A DNA stretch of 64,000 bases from assembly GCF_009914755.1 (NCBI RefSeq), contig NC_060937.1; one strand, given 5' to 3'. Under the pieces are notes generated by a model, which saw only the letters and a program-made list of their open reading frames with translations, did not search any database and had not been told where the DNA came from. Positions within the stretch are counted from its first letter, which is position 1, and each line of letters opens with the position of its first letter. Made by a program: the position numbers and the translations under genes. This stretch comes from the human T2T-CHM13v2.0 reference genome, Homo sapiens. Shown one piece after another: positions 23,569 to 39,868 of the stretch.

Positions 23569-23876
23569 CTTTGGGACTTACGTACCGCCCAGAACTCCTG
23601 CAACATTCCCTAGTCAATTGACTGTTTTATACCTCCAGTCTGACCTCAAGCTTCCAATGCCTTGTCTCCTATGCTTGCTTCTTTTTTCCCTAAGAAAACA
23701 GAAGCCCCTAGGAGTGATTTTGCACACATACTTTCACAGCTCAGCTACCCATCTTCTGATAGCTCTGCCTTTCCTCCTCCTACCATGGGTAAACCATCAC
23801 TGGTCCTATCTAAAGCCAACTCCTCCATTTTGAGCTTCTTTATCTTCTCACCCATTTATGTATATTGCTCCAATAA

Positions 23877-24194
<318 letters not shown>

Positions 24195-24654
24195 TGTTCT
24201 CTCACTTTTGCATCACTAGTTTTTCCTTCTCCACTGAATTCCTCCCTTCAGCATACAACATGCTATAATTTATCCAGTCTTAGAAAATAAATTTAAAAAC
24301 CATTCTCCTGACCTCACAGTTTCCTCCAGCTCCCATCCCATTTCTCTGTTCTTTGTCACAATGAAAGTCTGCCAAAACTGCTCTTTTTTTTTTTTTTTTT
24401 TTTTTTTCTGTACTCAATTTCTCTCCTCCCATCTTCTCTGGAAACAAATTCAGTAAGACTTTCACTCCCCCCCCACCCCACCCCGCACTCTGCTTACTAA
24501 ATCTGCATTGGCTAAGGTCAACAACAATTAACTCTAGTGTTTAAACTAGTGGTAAACACTAAACTTCATCATCTTGACCTATAAGCAGCACCTGGCACTG
24601 ATTGATAGCTCAAGAAGGTGGAGTTTAACACAACCCTGATAGTTAAAGAGATAG

Positions 24655-25132
<478 letters not shown>

Positions 25133-26289
25133 TAGTGATCTCAATCAGTCTTGATAGACTTAGAGGTCATCTATATGCTGACAACTCTCAAATGTGCATC
25201 TTAAAGTTGCACTTAACTGTAGATTTATATATTCTACTGCCTATTCTATAGCTATACTCATGTGTATAATGGGCACCTAAAATTACCTTTTCTAAAACTG
25301 AACTCCAGATTTTACCTGACTCTATTCTGACCCTAAATCTATTCCTTGTAATCTTCTTCATCTCAATAAATAAAAATTCCTTCTTTTCATCCACTGTTAG
25401 CTTAAAAAGCTTAGTATTATCTTTGATTCATTCTCTCATAGCTCACGTATGTCAGCAAGCCCTATTGACTTCTTACCTTCAAATTATATCCAGAATCTGA
25501 TATTCCATGACCACTTCCATTGTTACTACCCTTCACCTTTCACCTAGATTATTGCGGACACCTCACAAATGGACTCCGTGCTTCCATCTTTCCTCCTTAT
25601 GGACTCTTCTCAGGGTACTATCCAGAGGGACCTCTTACAACATAGGTTAGATCTTACAACCTCTCTGCTCAACACCCTCACAATGTCCCCTCTCACTTGT
25701 AATGGGCAAAGTCCTTGTAAGACTTCTAAGGTAGTCATGGCATGGCTACCTGTGACCTCTCCAATCCCATCTCCCAGGTTTCTCTCTCATTATTTTTCAC
25801 CCCCTCTGGCCTCCTTGTTGTTCTGAACACACCAGATCATCCCGTCCAGCTGTGCACTTGCTATTCCATCTGCCTCGGGGACTCTGCCCCTAGATATGTG
25901 CTGGTTGCATTTCCTCACCTTCTGGTTTCTGCTCACCCAGTCAGTGAGGGCTTCCCAGACAACCTTTTCAAAAATAGCAATCTCTTTCTTACCTCATCCA
26001 TGTCCCTTCTCTACTTTCTCTCTGTACATTAACATGAGCAATAAACATAGTTTGCTTGCTTTTTATTTTCTCTCTCCCTCTGCTGGATTGTAATTTCAGT
26101 AAGGACTGATTTTTTTTTCTATTTCACTGATGTATTCACGTTGCCTAGTATAATATAGAAATACAGTTGATGCTCAATATATATCTACTGAATTATTGCT
26201 GAATGAATTAGTGAATATCTCTCTAATACATGTTGAAGCAATTCTTCCCACCCAACTGTCATTATTTACTCATCAATGGAGCATTAGTA

Positions 26290-26952
26290 CAGTAGTCTCC
26301 CTTATCTGAGGGGAAAATGTTCCAAGACCCCCAGTGGGTCCCTAAATTGTGGACAGTGGCGAACCTAACTGCCATCAACTGGAACACATTTCGTTCATGC
26401 CTTTCATTCACAAATGTGATGTCTTTTCCATCTCAACTATTCATGACCTGTGGCTGTAATTTTGCAGTTTGAGGTTCAACAGGAAAACTAGCATGAATTT
26501 ATTTTCCTTCTTCACAATTTCATGGATAGAAGCTTCATTCTTACTATAGATCTTAGCAACATCAACAAACTATTTTTCTTTCCTTTTTATTGATAACTTT
26601 TACCTTTCACTTAAAGGAAACACTTGATGGCATATCTGAATTCCCAGCGTCAGTATTCCTGTGCTTTGGGGCCATTAGTAAGTAAAATAAGGGTGACTTG
26701 AACACAAGTACTGTGACAGCATGACCATCAACCTGATCACCAAGATGGCTACTTTTAAGGGACACAAGGGGGGCAGAGGAGCACAAACAGTGTGGATACA
26801 CTAGATAAAGGAAAGACTCATGTCCTGGGGTGGACAGGCCAGAAGGTGCAAGATTTTATCACAGTACCCAGAACTAACTTTGGGTTTATTTCTGGGATTT
26901 TCCATTTAAATATTTTCAGACTGCAGTTGAGCTTGGGTATCTGAAACTACTG
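26290..26952 (-). mobile_element. MER44C/D (Tigger7-derived) with a decayed transposase N-terminus
   Basis: TA-CAGTAGTCTCCCTTATC and CTACTG-TA termini; the minus strand translates MAPKHRNTDAGNSDMP, resembling the Tigger7 transposase start. Confidence 0.85.
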
Positions 26953-27349
26953 TATTTTCAATGACTTTGATTCCATGAATTAAAAAGATAAAACTCTTAT
27001 TAGTAACTACTTATAATGTAATAAAATAGTGGTGCTCTGTCCCTGATTATTAATTTTAGGACTTAACATAGGCAATAAGTTTTTTAGCAGTTGGTTGAAT
27101 GACTGTTAACTTATTTAGGTAATTGCAAGTGTGGATAGAGAATTTGCCTTAGAGCACTAAATGAGGACTGAAGAGTAATAGTTTTGAATGCTAGGTCTTG
27201 AGATAGGATGAAGAAATGTCATTTGGGGAATATTTTTGTATTACATTTTTATTTAAAACTATAATTACAACTAGATTAAAACAAAATATGATTGAGCATT
27301 TTGTCAGTGGATAAAAGCTGTACAAGCCTCAAATTAAGAAGAATCTCCA

Positions 27350-27827
<478 letters not shown>

Positions 27828-28535
27828 TTAAGTGCTGGTGAAAGTAACCAACCAAAAATAATAGGAATAAGAAATAATCTAATTATTTGGCAACATGTTA
27901 AAAAATGCACGTTGAAAAGAAGAGAGATGAGGTGAACAAATGCAAACTAAAGAGTAGCAGCACTCCTGGAGAATAAAAAGGGCAACTAATACTGTGAGGA
28001 TGGTTCATTTCTGGCAGTATTTTCCAAGCACGAGGGTGGCCTGACTTTGGAATATAAATAGATGCTCTGGATGGTACAGTCCTTTAATGAAGAAAAACAG
28101 TCCACTGGGCTCCTACAGTGATGAAAATAGCCTGAGAGACCACCCAACACATTTGCTCTGATTCCAGATTTACTAAGCCATTTTTAAAAATTTGATTTCT
28201 CAATACAGGCTGGTTGGCAGCAATATTATACTAAGTTTCTCATTATTAATTATTTGTCATTCTGGTACACATAATTCTTATATAACTTAGGGTCCACATG
28301 AACTTATTTTCCTTTCCAGGCAAAGTATGAACTCAGTAAGTTTTTCTAGAGTACTCCCCTCTCAAACATTAGCTTTTACCCTTTTACCTTCAGGTTCGTA
28401 CCCCACCGTATTTGCATAATTGTATTACTTCCCTAAGAACCAATTTTTTGTTGTTGTTGTTTGCTAGTACTTTTGTGCCACCTGACAAACTTACAAGCTA
28501 TTTTTAAATGCTTGCTTTTAAATAGAGGGCTCTTA

Positions 28536-28921
<386 letters not shown>

Positions 28922-29914
28922 TTAAAGTTGATAAAAACCAAAGCATAAATGTCAGATAAATGTAGAAAGGTATAATAATTTCATACTAATTAAGAGCTAT
29001 TGTTTATTAAATGTTTGCCATGTGCCTGTTACTGTTAACATATATGTTGGGTTTAATTTTCACATAGTTAGAAAATTTGGGTGTTAAAGACAAAATGCTT
29101 TTTTTCTCCTCCATTGTAATTCAAATGATATAAATGTAAGAGCTCCCAGTCTTCTTGACAGTGGCAGTTTTTGTATTCCCCATTCAAGTTTACTCAGGAA
29201 TTTCTTGAATTCAATGAAGTCAATTTAAGGTTTCAAATCCGTCAGCTCATGATTCTTTCTCAATTTTTTCTTTGAAATCACGAGTTGAACTAGGACCTGG
29301 GTGAGAAAGGATGTCAAGGAGGGACTGGCAAAAATATTGTCCTGGCCTAGGGATGAGTCATCTGGTCCAGAGGTTACCGTCTGTGCTTGTTCAGTCCATC
29401 AAGTTATAGCTGGTCCAGCCTGGACTTGAACATGTGCTATATCTATGCTAAGTTCATACCCTTTCTATATCCTCCAGCTGTCATGCTTTTTTCATCTTCC
29501 TTGTTCCAAATATGGGGTTTCTTTTGGTCCAGCTGTTGCCTCATTGCAAACCCTCATTGGCTTTTACCACACTACACTCATATTAAGAATCTCAAAGATC
29601 CAAGAACCAGAGACCTTACTCAGCCACTGTTAGTTAACAGCATTTGGTTTGTTAGAGTCAAAGCTTCTCTAGAACACTTGCAGTGTGGTGGGATTTACCC
29701 GTGAAAGTCAAGCTATTGATTGCCCTTCTGGTCTGGGATCTGCTGAATCTATTGCCCACTGTCCTGGGTTTCTAGGCATGATCCCTGTGAATTTATCTTC
29801 CTACCTGCCCGCCTGAATTTTTAACCCTTTACTTTCAAGTTTAAGTGAAATGGTGATGTTTTTGTTCTAGATTGGATATGAACCCCCCACCGAAGCAATA
29901 AATACTATTTATTC

Positions 29915-30224
<310 letters not shown>

Positions 30225-31300
30225 TCAATAAGTAGGGCCTTGAAAAAGGTAAAAACTTATAAACATAAATTGTATTGGTTGAATTTTCAAAAATATTATC
30301 CTCCTTTTATCCCATAATAAGTATTTACATCCCTAGACAAAAAAATTATTTTTACAAAATTATAGTAGCTACATCTTTGTTCGATTTTTGTTTATATACA
30401 ATTTGCCTCCCAGAATCTCTGAGATTGTGGAGTTACACATACACCATGGGTTAAGTTGTTACATGTTCCAATATTAGATCACCAGGGTCTTCCCAGGAAT
30501 TTCTCTTTCCTCCTTTTCCTCTGCCAGGGAGTTTAGCCTGTCCTAGAGAAGAGGCTTCCCTGAAGTCAGGAAAGCAAAGGGCGGGCAAGTGTCTTTGCTT
30601 AGGGTTGTGGAAAATGATGTACAATCCAAATCCCCTGGATTACCCACTAGCTGCGAGATAATAGTGACGGTCCCATCACTGGGCCATGACAGAGTCTGGG
30701 TCAAGAGATGATGGGTACCGGCCAGTCTTTGGCTCTTCCGTCATCATGGGATCTCTGCTCTCCAGGGTCCCAAGGTTCCCCTAGCCTATTTAGCTTCTAT
30801 ATCACTATGGGTTCTCCGTATAGCTTGAACAGGACATCTTGTTTCTTCTTCCAAAGTCAAACTCTTCAAATATATTGCCAGCCACCAAATTTATCACCTA
30901 AGCTGGTATACCCTAGAATTAGCTTTCCCTTTATGAGAAGGGGATTTATTTCTTTGAATATTTCACAGTCAGAGCTAATGGTCTTAAATATACTATTCTT
31001 TATCTCCTTCTTTCCCCGCTGACTATCAATATTTGCTCAGTGTACTTCATATCACAGTTGACTTTCTGCGTACAGTTCTCTCACAGGATCCTGGTTCTGA
31101 CTTGCTCCAAGTCTTGTCTAAGGTTTGAATTAGTTCATGGTGCAAGTATTCTCTGCATGAATGTTCCTTAGAATTTCAAGCATGCCCCCACATGCAGCGG
31201 GTTTAAAATTTTACAGTCACTAACCTAGGTGTTAAAAATTTTAACACTGTTTATTTCTCTACAAGTTAAATTAAGTCAGTTATATATAGCTCCTATTTTT

Positions 31301-31625
31301 CTTTCTTTTCTTTCCTTTTGTTTTTGTTTTTGTTTTTTTTTTAGACAGGGTTTTGTTCTTGTTGCCCAGGCCACTGTGCAATTGCATGTCCTTAGCTTGC
31401 TGCATCCTCCACCTCCCGGGTTCAAGCAATTCTCCTGCCTCAGCATCCCAAGTAGCTAGGATTACAAGCACCCGCCACCATGCCTGGCTAGATTTTTGTA
31501 TTTTTAGTAGAGATGGGGTTTCACCATGTTGGCCAGGCTGGTCTGCAACTCCTGACCTAAGGTGATCCACCCATCTCGGTCTCCCAAAGTGCTGGGATTA
31601 CAGGCGGGAACCACCACGCCCAGCC
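31301..31625 (-). mobile_element. AluS (Sq/Sp-like)
   Basis: TCTTGTTGCCCAGG; TSD TAGCTCCTATTTTT. Confidence 0.92.
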
Positions 31626-32380
31626 TGTAGCTCCTATTTTTAAGATGGCAGAAAAACAATCTGAGCAACTGAAGATAACTTAGTTCCTTATAGCTTATAC
31701 ACGGCCAATTCCAATTAAATCTTCCGCTGGTGATATATTCCCTTCCTTTCCTTTCTTTTCTTCAGGATAATCTGTGTTGAGAGGAGTGCTGTTGTTTTTG
31801 TGTCATCCTGGTATTGGGAGGGGTTTCAGCCCAAGTGATTTCTTCTGACCTTGCCAGCCTCCAGTGAGGTACAGCTCACCTGATGGATCCCTGTTGCAGT
31901 GTCCTAGAATCTGCTACTGATACCAGTGTTTCCGCATGGCCTGTCATCTCAGCATGTACATAATCTTGGTCCACTGTTGGTTGTGCCACTTCTATGTTCA
32001 TGGAAACCTTTTCATACACAACTTTCTCAGCACTTCTTGTCCATCCTTCAGATGCTGTGTTGGAGACTTCCTCCACAATGCACCTTCCAAAGTTACATCT
32101 TGGGAAGCTAAGCCACAGTCCTTTCTGCTTTGAAAATCTCTCCTGAATATAGGATTTATACTGCGATCTCTCTTCATAATTTTTATTCCAAATTGGTACA
32201 GAGTTCTGGGCACTTTTCAGAGGCCTCTGTATGGTCTAGTTATGTTTCTTTCTAACCAATTCATTCCAGCCATTGGATTCCTCTCTTATCTCCTTTGGGA
32301 TGAAGGAACCTGCTCTGTGATCATCATGTATGTTTTTCTATACTACAGTTTATGGTATAAAATGTAGGCTCTGAGTCAAC

Positions 32381-32915
32381 CAATAAGCACATGATGGAGA
32401 ATGAGGTATCCATCCCCTCAAGCATTTATCCTTTGAGTTACAAACAATCCAATTACATTATTTATTTTAAAATACACACATTATTGACTACAGCCACCTT
32501 ATTGTGCTATCAAATAGTAGATCTTATTCATTCTTTCTATTTCTTTTTTGAGACCCATTAGCCATCCCCACGCCCACCCCCAAACCCCCCACTTTCCTTC
32601 CCAATGTCTGGTAACAATCCTTCTACTCTCTATGTTCACCAATTCAATTGATTTTTAGATCCCACAAATAAGTGAGAACATGTGATATTTGTCTTTCTGT
32701 ACCTGGCTTATTTCACTTAACATAATGATCTCCAGTTCCACCCATGCTGTTGCAAATGACTGTATCTCACTCTTTTTTCAATATGACTGAATAGTATTCC
32801 ATCATATATATGTACCACGTTTTCTTTATCTGTTCATCAGTTGATGGACAGGTTGCTTTCAAGTCTTAGCTATTGTAAACAGTGCTGCAACGAACATAGG
32901 AGTGCAGGTATCTCT
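32381..32915 (-). mobile_element. L1MA1-3 3' UTR fragment
   Basis: GATCCCACAAATAAGTGAGAACATG...CTGGCTTATTTCACTTAACATAATG. Confidence 0.85.
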
Positions 32916-32999
32916 TCACTTTGGAAATTTGACAGAGACACTTTGGTTAACATTTTATTCTGTATGTGTGTGTGAGGGTATGACAGTATAAACTTAACA

Positions 33000-33285
33000 T
33001 AAATGAGATCATATATGTTGTTTTACCGCTTTCCTTTTGCATTTAACAATGAATCACAGGGGACTTTCTATATCAACGAATAAAGATATAAACATTTAGT
33101 GGCTGCCTAATTTTCTATTATATAGAGGTACAGTAATTTACCCATCAAGAGATATTTGCTTTATTTAGCAAAGTTTACAAATATATAAATTGCTGTAATA
33201 AATACTCTTGTACATGTATTTTTATTTTTTCCAAGTATCTCTTTATGACAGATTTCTAAAATGAAACTTACAGGGCTTAAATGGT
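33000..33285 (-). mobile_element. Old L1M (L1ME-like) fragment
   Basis: Degenerate AAATGAGATCATA...GGCTGC...TGCTGTAATAAATACTCTTGTACATGTAT pattern. Confidence 0.5.
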
Positions 33286-35699
33286 CAAACACTGGTTTAC
33301 CTGATCCTATAGCCAAAGGTCCCATAGCAGGGCTACAGTTACCTGTGAAATCAATTTATGTAACTGATCAAGAGCTGATTACATAGGAAAATCATTGCTG
33401 TATTTTAAAAAGCATGTTACCCTAGACTTAACGGTTTAACTTTGGTAGGGTAAGGGAGGGAGGTTGGCTATGCTCACCCACCCTAAGAGCAGCAGCTCTT
33501 AACATAGTAGACACAAATACTAGAGTGAAAGAAGGGGAGCTCAAAGTGATCACTGGAGGTGGTCACCTTACAGCCATATTTTTCCTGATCCCTTAGGCTT
33601 CCTGGGGATCCATTACAAAATCCTGGGATGTACCCCAGACCAGTCATTAAGCTTCCTTCTGTCCTCAAATGCTGAAGAGAGAATGTTAACAGCCTAAGAT
33701 TGGCCAATTTTTTGGGTCAGAGAAAACAGTTAAGCACAAGGAATTTACTGTTGGGCTTTTGCTTTTCTTGGGTATTGATTAATTGGGACCAGATACCTGC
33801 TGAGTCCTTAGACATCCTGCTGCTCCCATGGCATTCATCAGGTGCCCTCACAACCAGCCCTCTTCTCTGCAACTCCCATTTACCTCGCAGAGTATCTCTC
33901 CTCCTCAGTCTTGTATTCAATGTGTGTGAGTTGTTGCTGCTTCTGCTGCACTTCATTAGCTTATTCTCACGCAAATTTAAAATATTATGGCTTAAAACCA
34001 TGTTTCTCTTTAAAGTTTCCTTCATAGTGACATTGGTGGAAATAAGTGGGGTGTAGACAGGGCATGTTTGGGCTTGACTGAGAGAAGAGAGAGCAAGGGA
34101 GGCATGTTCAGGGCTTCAGGGGAAGGCCCTGTGGGTGGTCCGCATAGGTCCGCGTGAGGGCAGCGACCTGTGAAGGCTGCGTGGGCTGGACTGTGAGTGA
34201 AGACACATGTGCGGCTGCAGGATGTTTGGCTGGATTCCTGCCTGGCCACCCTGTGGGGGACTTAAAGCGGGGTGTAAGATGGAGGAGAGCTGGGAGTTGC
34301 TCAAATTCTTGGAGCAATCTGCCGCCAGGATTGGGAAAGCCAGAGTGACCTGCCGGTGTTAGAGAAGTGGGCAATTCATGGCCTGGGATTAGGTGAACAG
34401 AAGGCCACGGGGATCCTTCACTCACACTCTTGCTTTCTTGTTAGAATCTGCTTTTTACTTTTCCTGAACTTCTGAACTTGGATTAGGAAGCAGTTGGCCG
34501 GCTTCTTGAGAAAGAAAGGGATCAAAACAAGTGAGTCCCAGAGAGAAAGAAATCTTGGGGTAATCATGGGAAAGGAAAACATGGACAGAGGAAGTTGGTC
34601 GTGAAAGAGACTATTAGATTATTAGAATAAAAAGGCCATATGTAGATATAGAGTGTTGGGTAATGTGGGGTGGGGATAAAATATATAAATACAGAAGAAT
34701 ATGAAGAAGAAAATGCTTAACATTAATAGGGTGGGGTAAACTTTCAGGTCAGAGACCTTGCCTGACACATAGGTCGTTTGCAATGAGTGTTCACTGAATG
34801 ACTAAATGGAAAACTACTGTTAGAGAAAAAATGAACTAGTAAAAAGTCACCCATCAATCAGGATTTTAATTCACAAAGATTTTGTAAATGTTTTTAAAGT
34901 TAAAAGAGCTCCTACATTGATTCATTGGTTCAATAAGCATGTGCGCCTACTATGTGCTAGTCAGAGGGACTGGAAAATCATCTACCCCACTTCTCTGTAT
35001 GTAAATATGAGAAAACAGGCATGATCTTCCTACACCTCAGGAACCTTGAGGCAGAGCTAAGATCAGAACCCAGATATCCTGAATCATAGACTTTTGCATG
35101 TCCCACTAGGTCATGTTCCTTCTAGGGGTTAAGTTCACTGGAGATCCCTGTGCCCACATGTGCCCATATAACCCTGTGTGGCAAACACACAGGGGACACC
35201 CTTCAGAAAAGGGTGCACCCTTCAGAAATAACAACTTCACATGAATGAGTGCCATCTTTTGGAAAGGGTGTTTTTTCAAAAAATATAATTTCATACAAAG
35301 ACAAGTCATACAAGTGTATCACAGGTAAGAGAATCATATCTTCCCAAATTCCTATCAGGATGACCTGATCTAAAAATGTAAGAAAAATAAATAAAGGAAG
35401 TGTATAATAATGCTGAAAATTCTAACAGTACAATTTTAGTCACAGAAAATGTTGTCCCATGCTAAAGAAGTTTGAAAATTGACAACTGGATAATGCACAT
35501 ATTTCATTATTACTTTAGCCTGCTCTGGAGTAACTGAGAAATATTTTTGTCTGTTTAGCACATGTAACCCCAAAGGAGACAAGTTGCTGTATACCTTAAG
35601 GTCATTCAATTTCTTTCACTCTTATTCAGTAATTGCAAGATAGTCTCTGCTCTAAAATTTTTTTTTCAGGTAGACATTTCTATCAAAAAGTTCTTTTTC

Positions 35700-35983
35700 A
35701 GCCGGGCATGGTTGCTTATTCCTGTAATCCCAGTATTTTGGGAAACTGAGGTGGGCAGATTGCCTGAGCTCAGGAGCTCGAGACCAGCCTGGGCAACATG
35801 GCGAAACCCTGTCTCTACCAAAAATACAAAAACTGCATGTCTGTGTCCCAGCTACTTAGGAGGCTGAGGTGGGATAATCACTTGGGCCCAAGAGGTCAAT
35901 GATGCAGTGAGCCAAGATCACATCACTACACTCCAGCCTGTGTGACAGAGGGAGACCTTGTCTCAAAAAAAAAAAAAAAAAAA
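35700..35983 (+). mobile_element. AluJ (Jb-like) with a deletion after the linker
   Basis: Dimer with a poly(A) tail. Confidence 0.92.
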
Positions 35984-37183
35984 AGGTACTTTTCCAACTA
36001 GTCCAAGTGAGTATCATGGTCTACCTGGTGGTTATCTTTTTTCTAGGTAAATTAATAAATTGGCAATTTGGCTTATGAATACTTTGCAGTTTGGTTAGTG
36101 TGAATAAACTCCTCAGAGAGAACTGAACATCCTATTTCAGAATTTATAAAAGTAAGTCATATAATTTCTTCTTTAGTGTACGACTGTGGTGTAATGGTAT
36201 ATGTGTTCCCATGTTCTGTGTACTGAAATTCTGAACCCATGGAGACCTCATTGATACACTAACGTTGAATGGCACTCCTTCTAAAATATCCATCTACCAG
36301 GTCTGTTTTATTCATCTTATTTGTATCATCTTGTAACTAGATATTAATTGAAAATAAACAAATGGATATATCCTTTGTATATTTTTTGTTGCAGAGAGAA
36401 GAGAATAAGAAAACTCATCTACAGTGAAGTTTCTGTGTTTTCAGGGAACGTCTCAGCCTAATACAGATCCAGGCACTTCCAGAGGACAGACAGCATAGAA
36501 CAAATAAAGTGTCTTTATGTAAGTATCAAATGAGCCACAGGGGGAGAAAATATGGCACCCCTGGGGTTTTGGCTTCTTTCTTGTAGCCTCACCTTCAGAA
36601 ATCCAGAAAAAGAGTTCAACTCCTTAAGAAACTTAAAAGCACATAATCCAGAAAGGGAAGAAACCTGTGGAGGTTAAGGGAGACAGAGAATGGGACATAC
36701 TGCATGAGGTTAGCAGGGAGGAAGAATTCTGGGTAGCTGACCCAGAGTACTTCAATTTGAGCCGGGTTTGGCCTGCTCTAGTTAAGTTGAAGTGCAAGTA
36801 CACAAGGCTCATTGTTTTGTGGGAATTAAAAAAGTTCTGATAGGCAAGAGATGGGAATAGGTCCTCTTCACCCTCTTCAGCAAGGTAGCCATCAGAGCAG
36901 AGCAGAGGAGTAGCCAAGGTGGGAACACTGGAGACCTCATAACCAAGAGGCTAAGCTGTTCATGCAGGAGGTGTCCATAGGATGGAGATTGAGAACACGG
37001 AGATTGGTTTTGGACATTCAGGAGAGTCTTTTTTTTTTTTTTTAATTGACAAGGGAGTGTTTGAATCCATTCTGGGAAGGCTTCCCACACTGGACTAGGG
37101 GGATTTGAGAAAGGTGGTTTAGTTAGAGTTTTAGCAAATTTGTTGATCTGTGCTGAGTCATATTTTAAAAAACTGTTATCACC

Positions 37184-37646
37184 TGTAATGGGTTTTATAG
37201 TGTCCTCCCAAAATTTACATCCACCTGGAACCCCAGAATGTGACCTTATTTGAAAATAGGGTCTTTGCAGATGTAATTAGTTAAGGTTCTAAGATAAAAT
37301 AATCCTGAATTTAGGGTGGGCCCTAAATTTAAAGCCTGGTGCCTTTGCAGGGAAAAAGAGAGGGAGATTTGGACACATACAGAGGCACAGGGGAAGAAGG
37401 CCATGTGGAGATGAAGACAGAAGTTAGAGTGATGCAGCTCCAAGCCAAGGTATGCCACGGGGTGCCAGAAGCCACCGGAAACTGGAGGAAGACATGGAAC
37501 AGATTCTCCCTCAGAACCTCCAGAAAGAATAACCCTGTTAATGCTCTGATTTCATACTTCTGGCCTCCAGATGCAGAGAATCAACAGTTGTTTTAAGCCA
37601 CCGAGTTTGTGGTGATTTGTTACAGCAGCCCTAGGAAGCTAATATA
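37184..37646 (+). mobile_element. MLT1C-like solo LTR (ERVL-MaLR)
   Basis: TGTAATGGG start, GAATGTGACCTTATTTGAAAATAGGGTCTTTGCAGATGTAATTAG, ends TTTGTTACAGCAGCCCTAGGAAGCTAATATA; 5-bp TSD T(C/A)ACC. Confidence 0.88.
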
Positions 37647-39060
37647 TAACCCATAGTCCTCAATTTCAGACCCAGCCTCAGGTGGCCTGTGGAAATATGG
37701 GCTGCATGTTTAATTATTTAGCAATTGAGTAGAGATTAATTTTCATTCCGCCTCAATTCTTTTCTTTTTGAATGCTCCATATACGTAAGCAAATCCACAT
37801 GGATAAGTGCTCATGATAGACTCAGGGGTCAGGGGGAATCATATGAAATGCTCAAATCAGTTTTTTCATTCTCTGATTAATCTAGAGATGATGTACTTAA
37901 ATTGCTCCATTTTAAATCAATATATTTTAAAATCTCCATCATTTTTGCAATTTCTCTTATAAGAAAATATTTAGACTATCAGATAGAGTTCATTTTAATA
38001 AGTTATATAAATTCCATGGTGGAATGGAACACTGGAAAAGTGGCAGCCACATATATTACTTTTATTTCCAAAAGAGATAGGTTTTAACTACAGAATTGCA
38101 AGTCCACAAAACCTGGAGTTGCAGCAAAGTTAGGACCATGGGACCTTTTTTGTAAAAGACGTGAATGATGGGTTCAAGGCAGCTATTCAGCTCAGAAAAC
38201 TTGTGTTCTCATTCTCCCTGTTCTTTGCCTACTGTCCTCCTCCTCATCAAACATACGGATGAATGACACTACAAAGGAAGCCTCTTGTTGAACAACACAG
38301 ATTGATCAACACTGAAGAGACTTTGACCAATGTCTCTTTTATCTCAACCTTTAACTCAGTTTCTGCTCTACCACTGACTTCTTTCAATTTGATTCTTAAA
38401 TTAGGCCAGATGCTTAAAATTTGGGGGTTCCCTGTGCCTTCCTCCAGGAGTAAATCCCAACAACCTGAAAACTTGCCCATTTTCTTTTGTCTGTGTGTGT
38501 GTAAAATAATATGGCTCTGAAATAGTAGGATTTAATGCTACTTATTTTCTCTTCTCTTGTATTTCTCTCCTTCGTTGCTCTCTTACCTCTTGGGATTCTG
38601 CCTGTTTATTCTCTTCCACCTCCTCAGCATGTACATAGTTTTTATTTTCCACCCCTGGCAGAGGTTTGTGGGTCAACTGTGAAATGCAGAGGCATTGGTT
38701 AAAGTGCCCAGCCCAGGTTCTTATGATTATTACTGCTCTGCTAACTTTGGAAAACAGCCGGAGATATGGAATAAAACAATAAATGAGAAGGTAGCATGTG
38801 CACTTTTAAAAGTGTATGCAAGAAAAGGGATTAAAAATGAAAATAAATTACATCAAAGAAAAAACAAGCAAAAACAACAATAAAAAGAACAAATGATTGG
38901 TACTCAAGTCCAGTGAGTTTATGTTAAGAAGAGAAAGTGGATTATTTGGTAGAAGAATGGAGATAAAAGTGAAAGGAATTAGTAAAATAAAAACAGGGAA
39001 TCTGAAGGAGAGAAAAGGGAAGGTAGAGGCTATAGAAAGAGAGAAAACAAATGAAATAGT

Positions 39061-39868
39061 GAGAAAAGGTTACCCCTGTACGCTGTTGGTGGGAATGCAA
39101 ATTAGTACAACTACTATGGAGAGCAATTTGGAGGTTCCTCAAAAACCTAAAAATTGAGCTACCATATGATTCAGAAATCCCACTGCTGGGTATACACCCA
39201 AAAGAAAGAAAATCAGTATATCAAAGAGATATCTGCACTCCTACATTTGTTGCAGTAATGTTTACAATAGCTAAGATATGGAATCATATCTGTTTATCAA
39301 CAGATGAATGGATAAAGAAAATGTGATATATATACACAATGAAGTACTATTCAGCCATAAGAAAAGAATGAAATCCAATCATTTGCAGCAACATGGATGG
39401 AACTGGAGATCATTACCTTAAGTGAAATAAGCCAGGCACAGAAAGAGAAACATCTCATGTTTTCACTTATTTGTGGGATCTGAAAATCAAATCAATTGAA
39501 CTAGAGAGTAGAAAGATAGTTAACAGAGACTGGGAAGGGTTGTGGGGGTTGGAGGGAAGGTGGGGATGGTTAATGGGTACAAAAAATGAAAAGGAGAAGT
39601 AAGACCTACTATTTGACAGCACAATAGGGTGACTATAGTCAATAATAACTTAATTGCATATTTCAAAATAACTTAAAGAATGTAATTGGATTGTTTGTAA
39701 CTCAAAGGATAAATACTTGAGGGGATGTGGATACCTCATTCTCCATGATGTGCTTATTTCACATTGCATGTCTGTATCAAAACATCTTGTGCACCCCGTA
39801 TATATATATATACACCTACTATGTACCCACAAAAATTTTAAAAATAATTTAAAAATTAAAAAAAAAAT
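39061..39868 (+). mobile_element. 5'-truncated L1MA1/2
   Basis: End of ORF2 plus 3' UTR and A tail; AAATAGTGA direct repeat. Confidence 0.88.

Noticed and set aside
25168-25191. YADN reverse-transcriptase motif as an active RT gene
   Set aside because: It sits within a decayed L2 with no open reading frame.
35190-35230. CACCCTTCAGAAA direct repeat with an internal hairpin
   Set aside because: Small local duplication with no supporting context.
32381-39868. Two related L1MA pieces in inverted orientation as one inverted L1 insertion
   Set aside because: They cover the same 3' UTR segment and lie 6 kb apart, so they are independent insertions.
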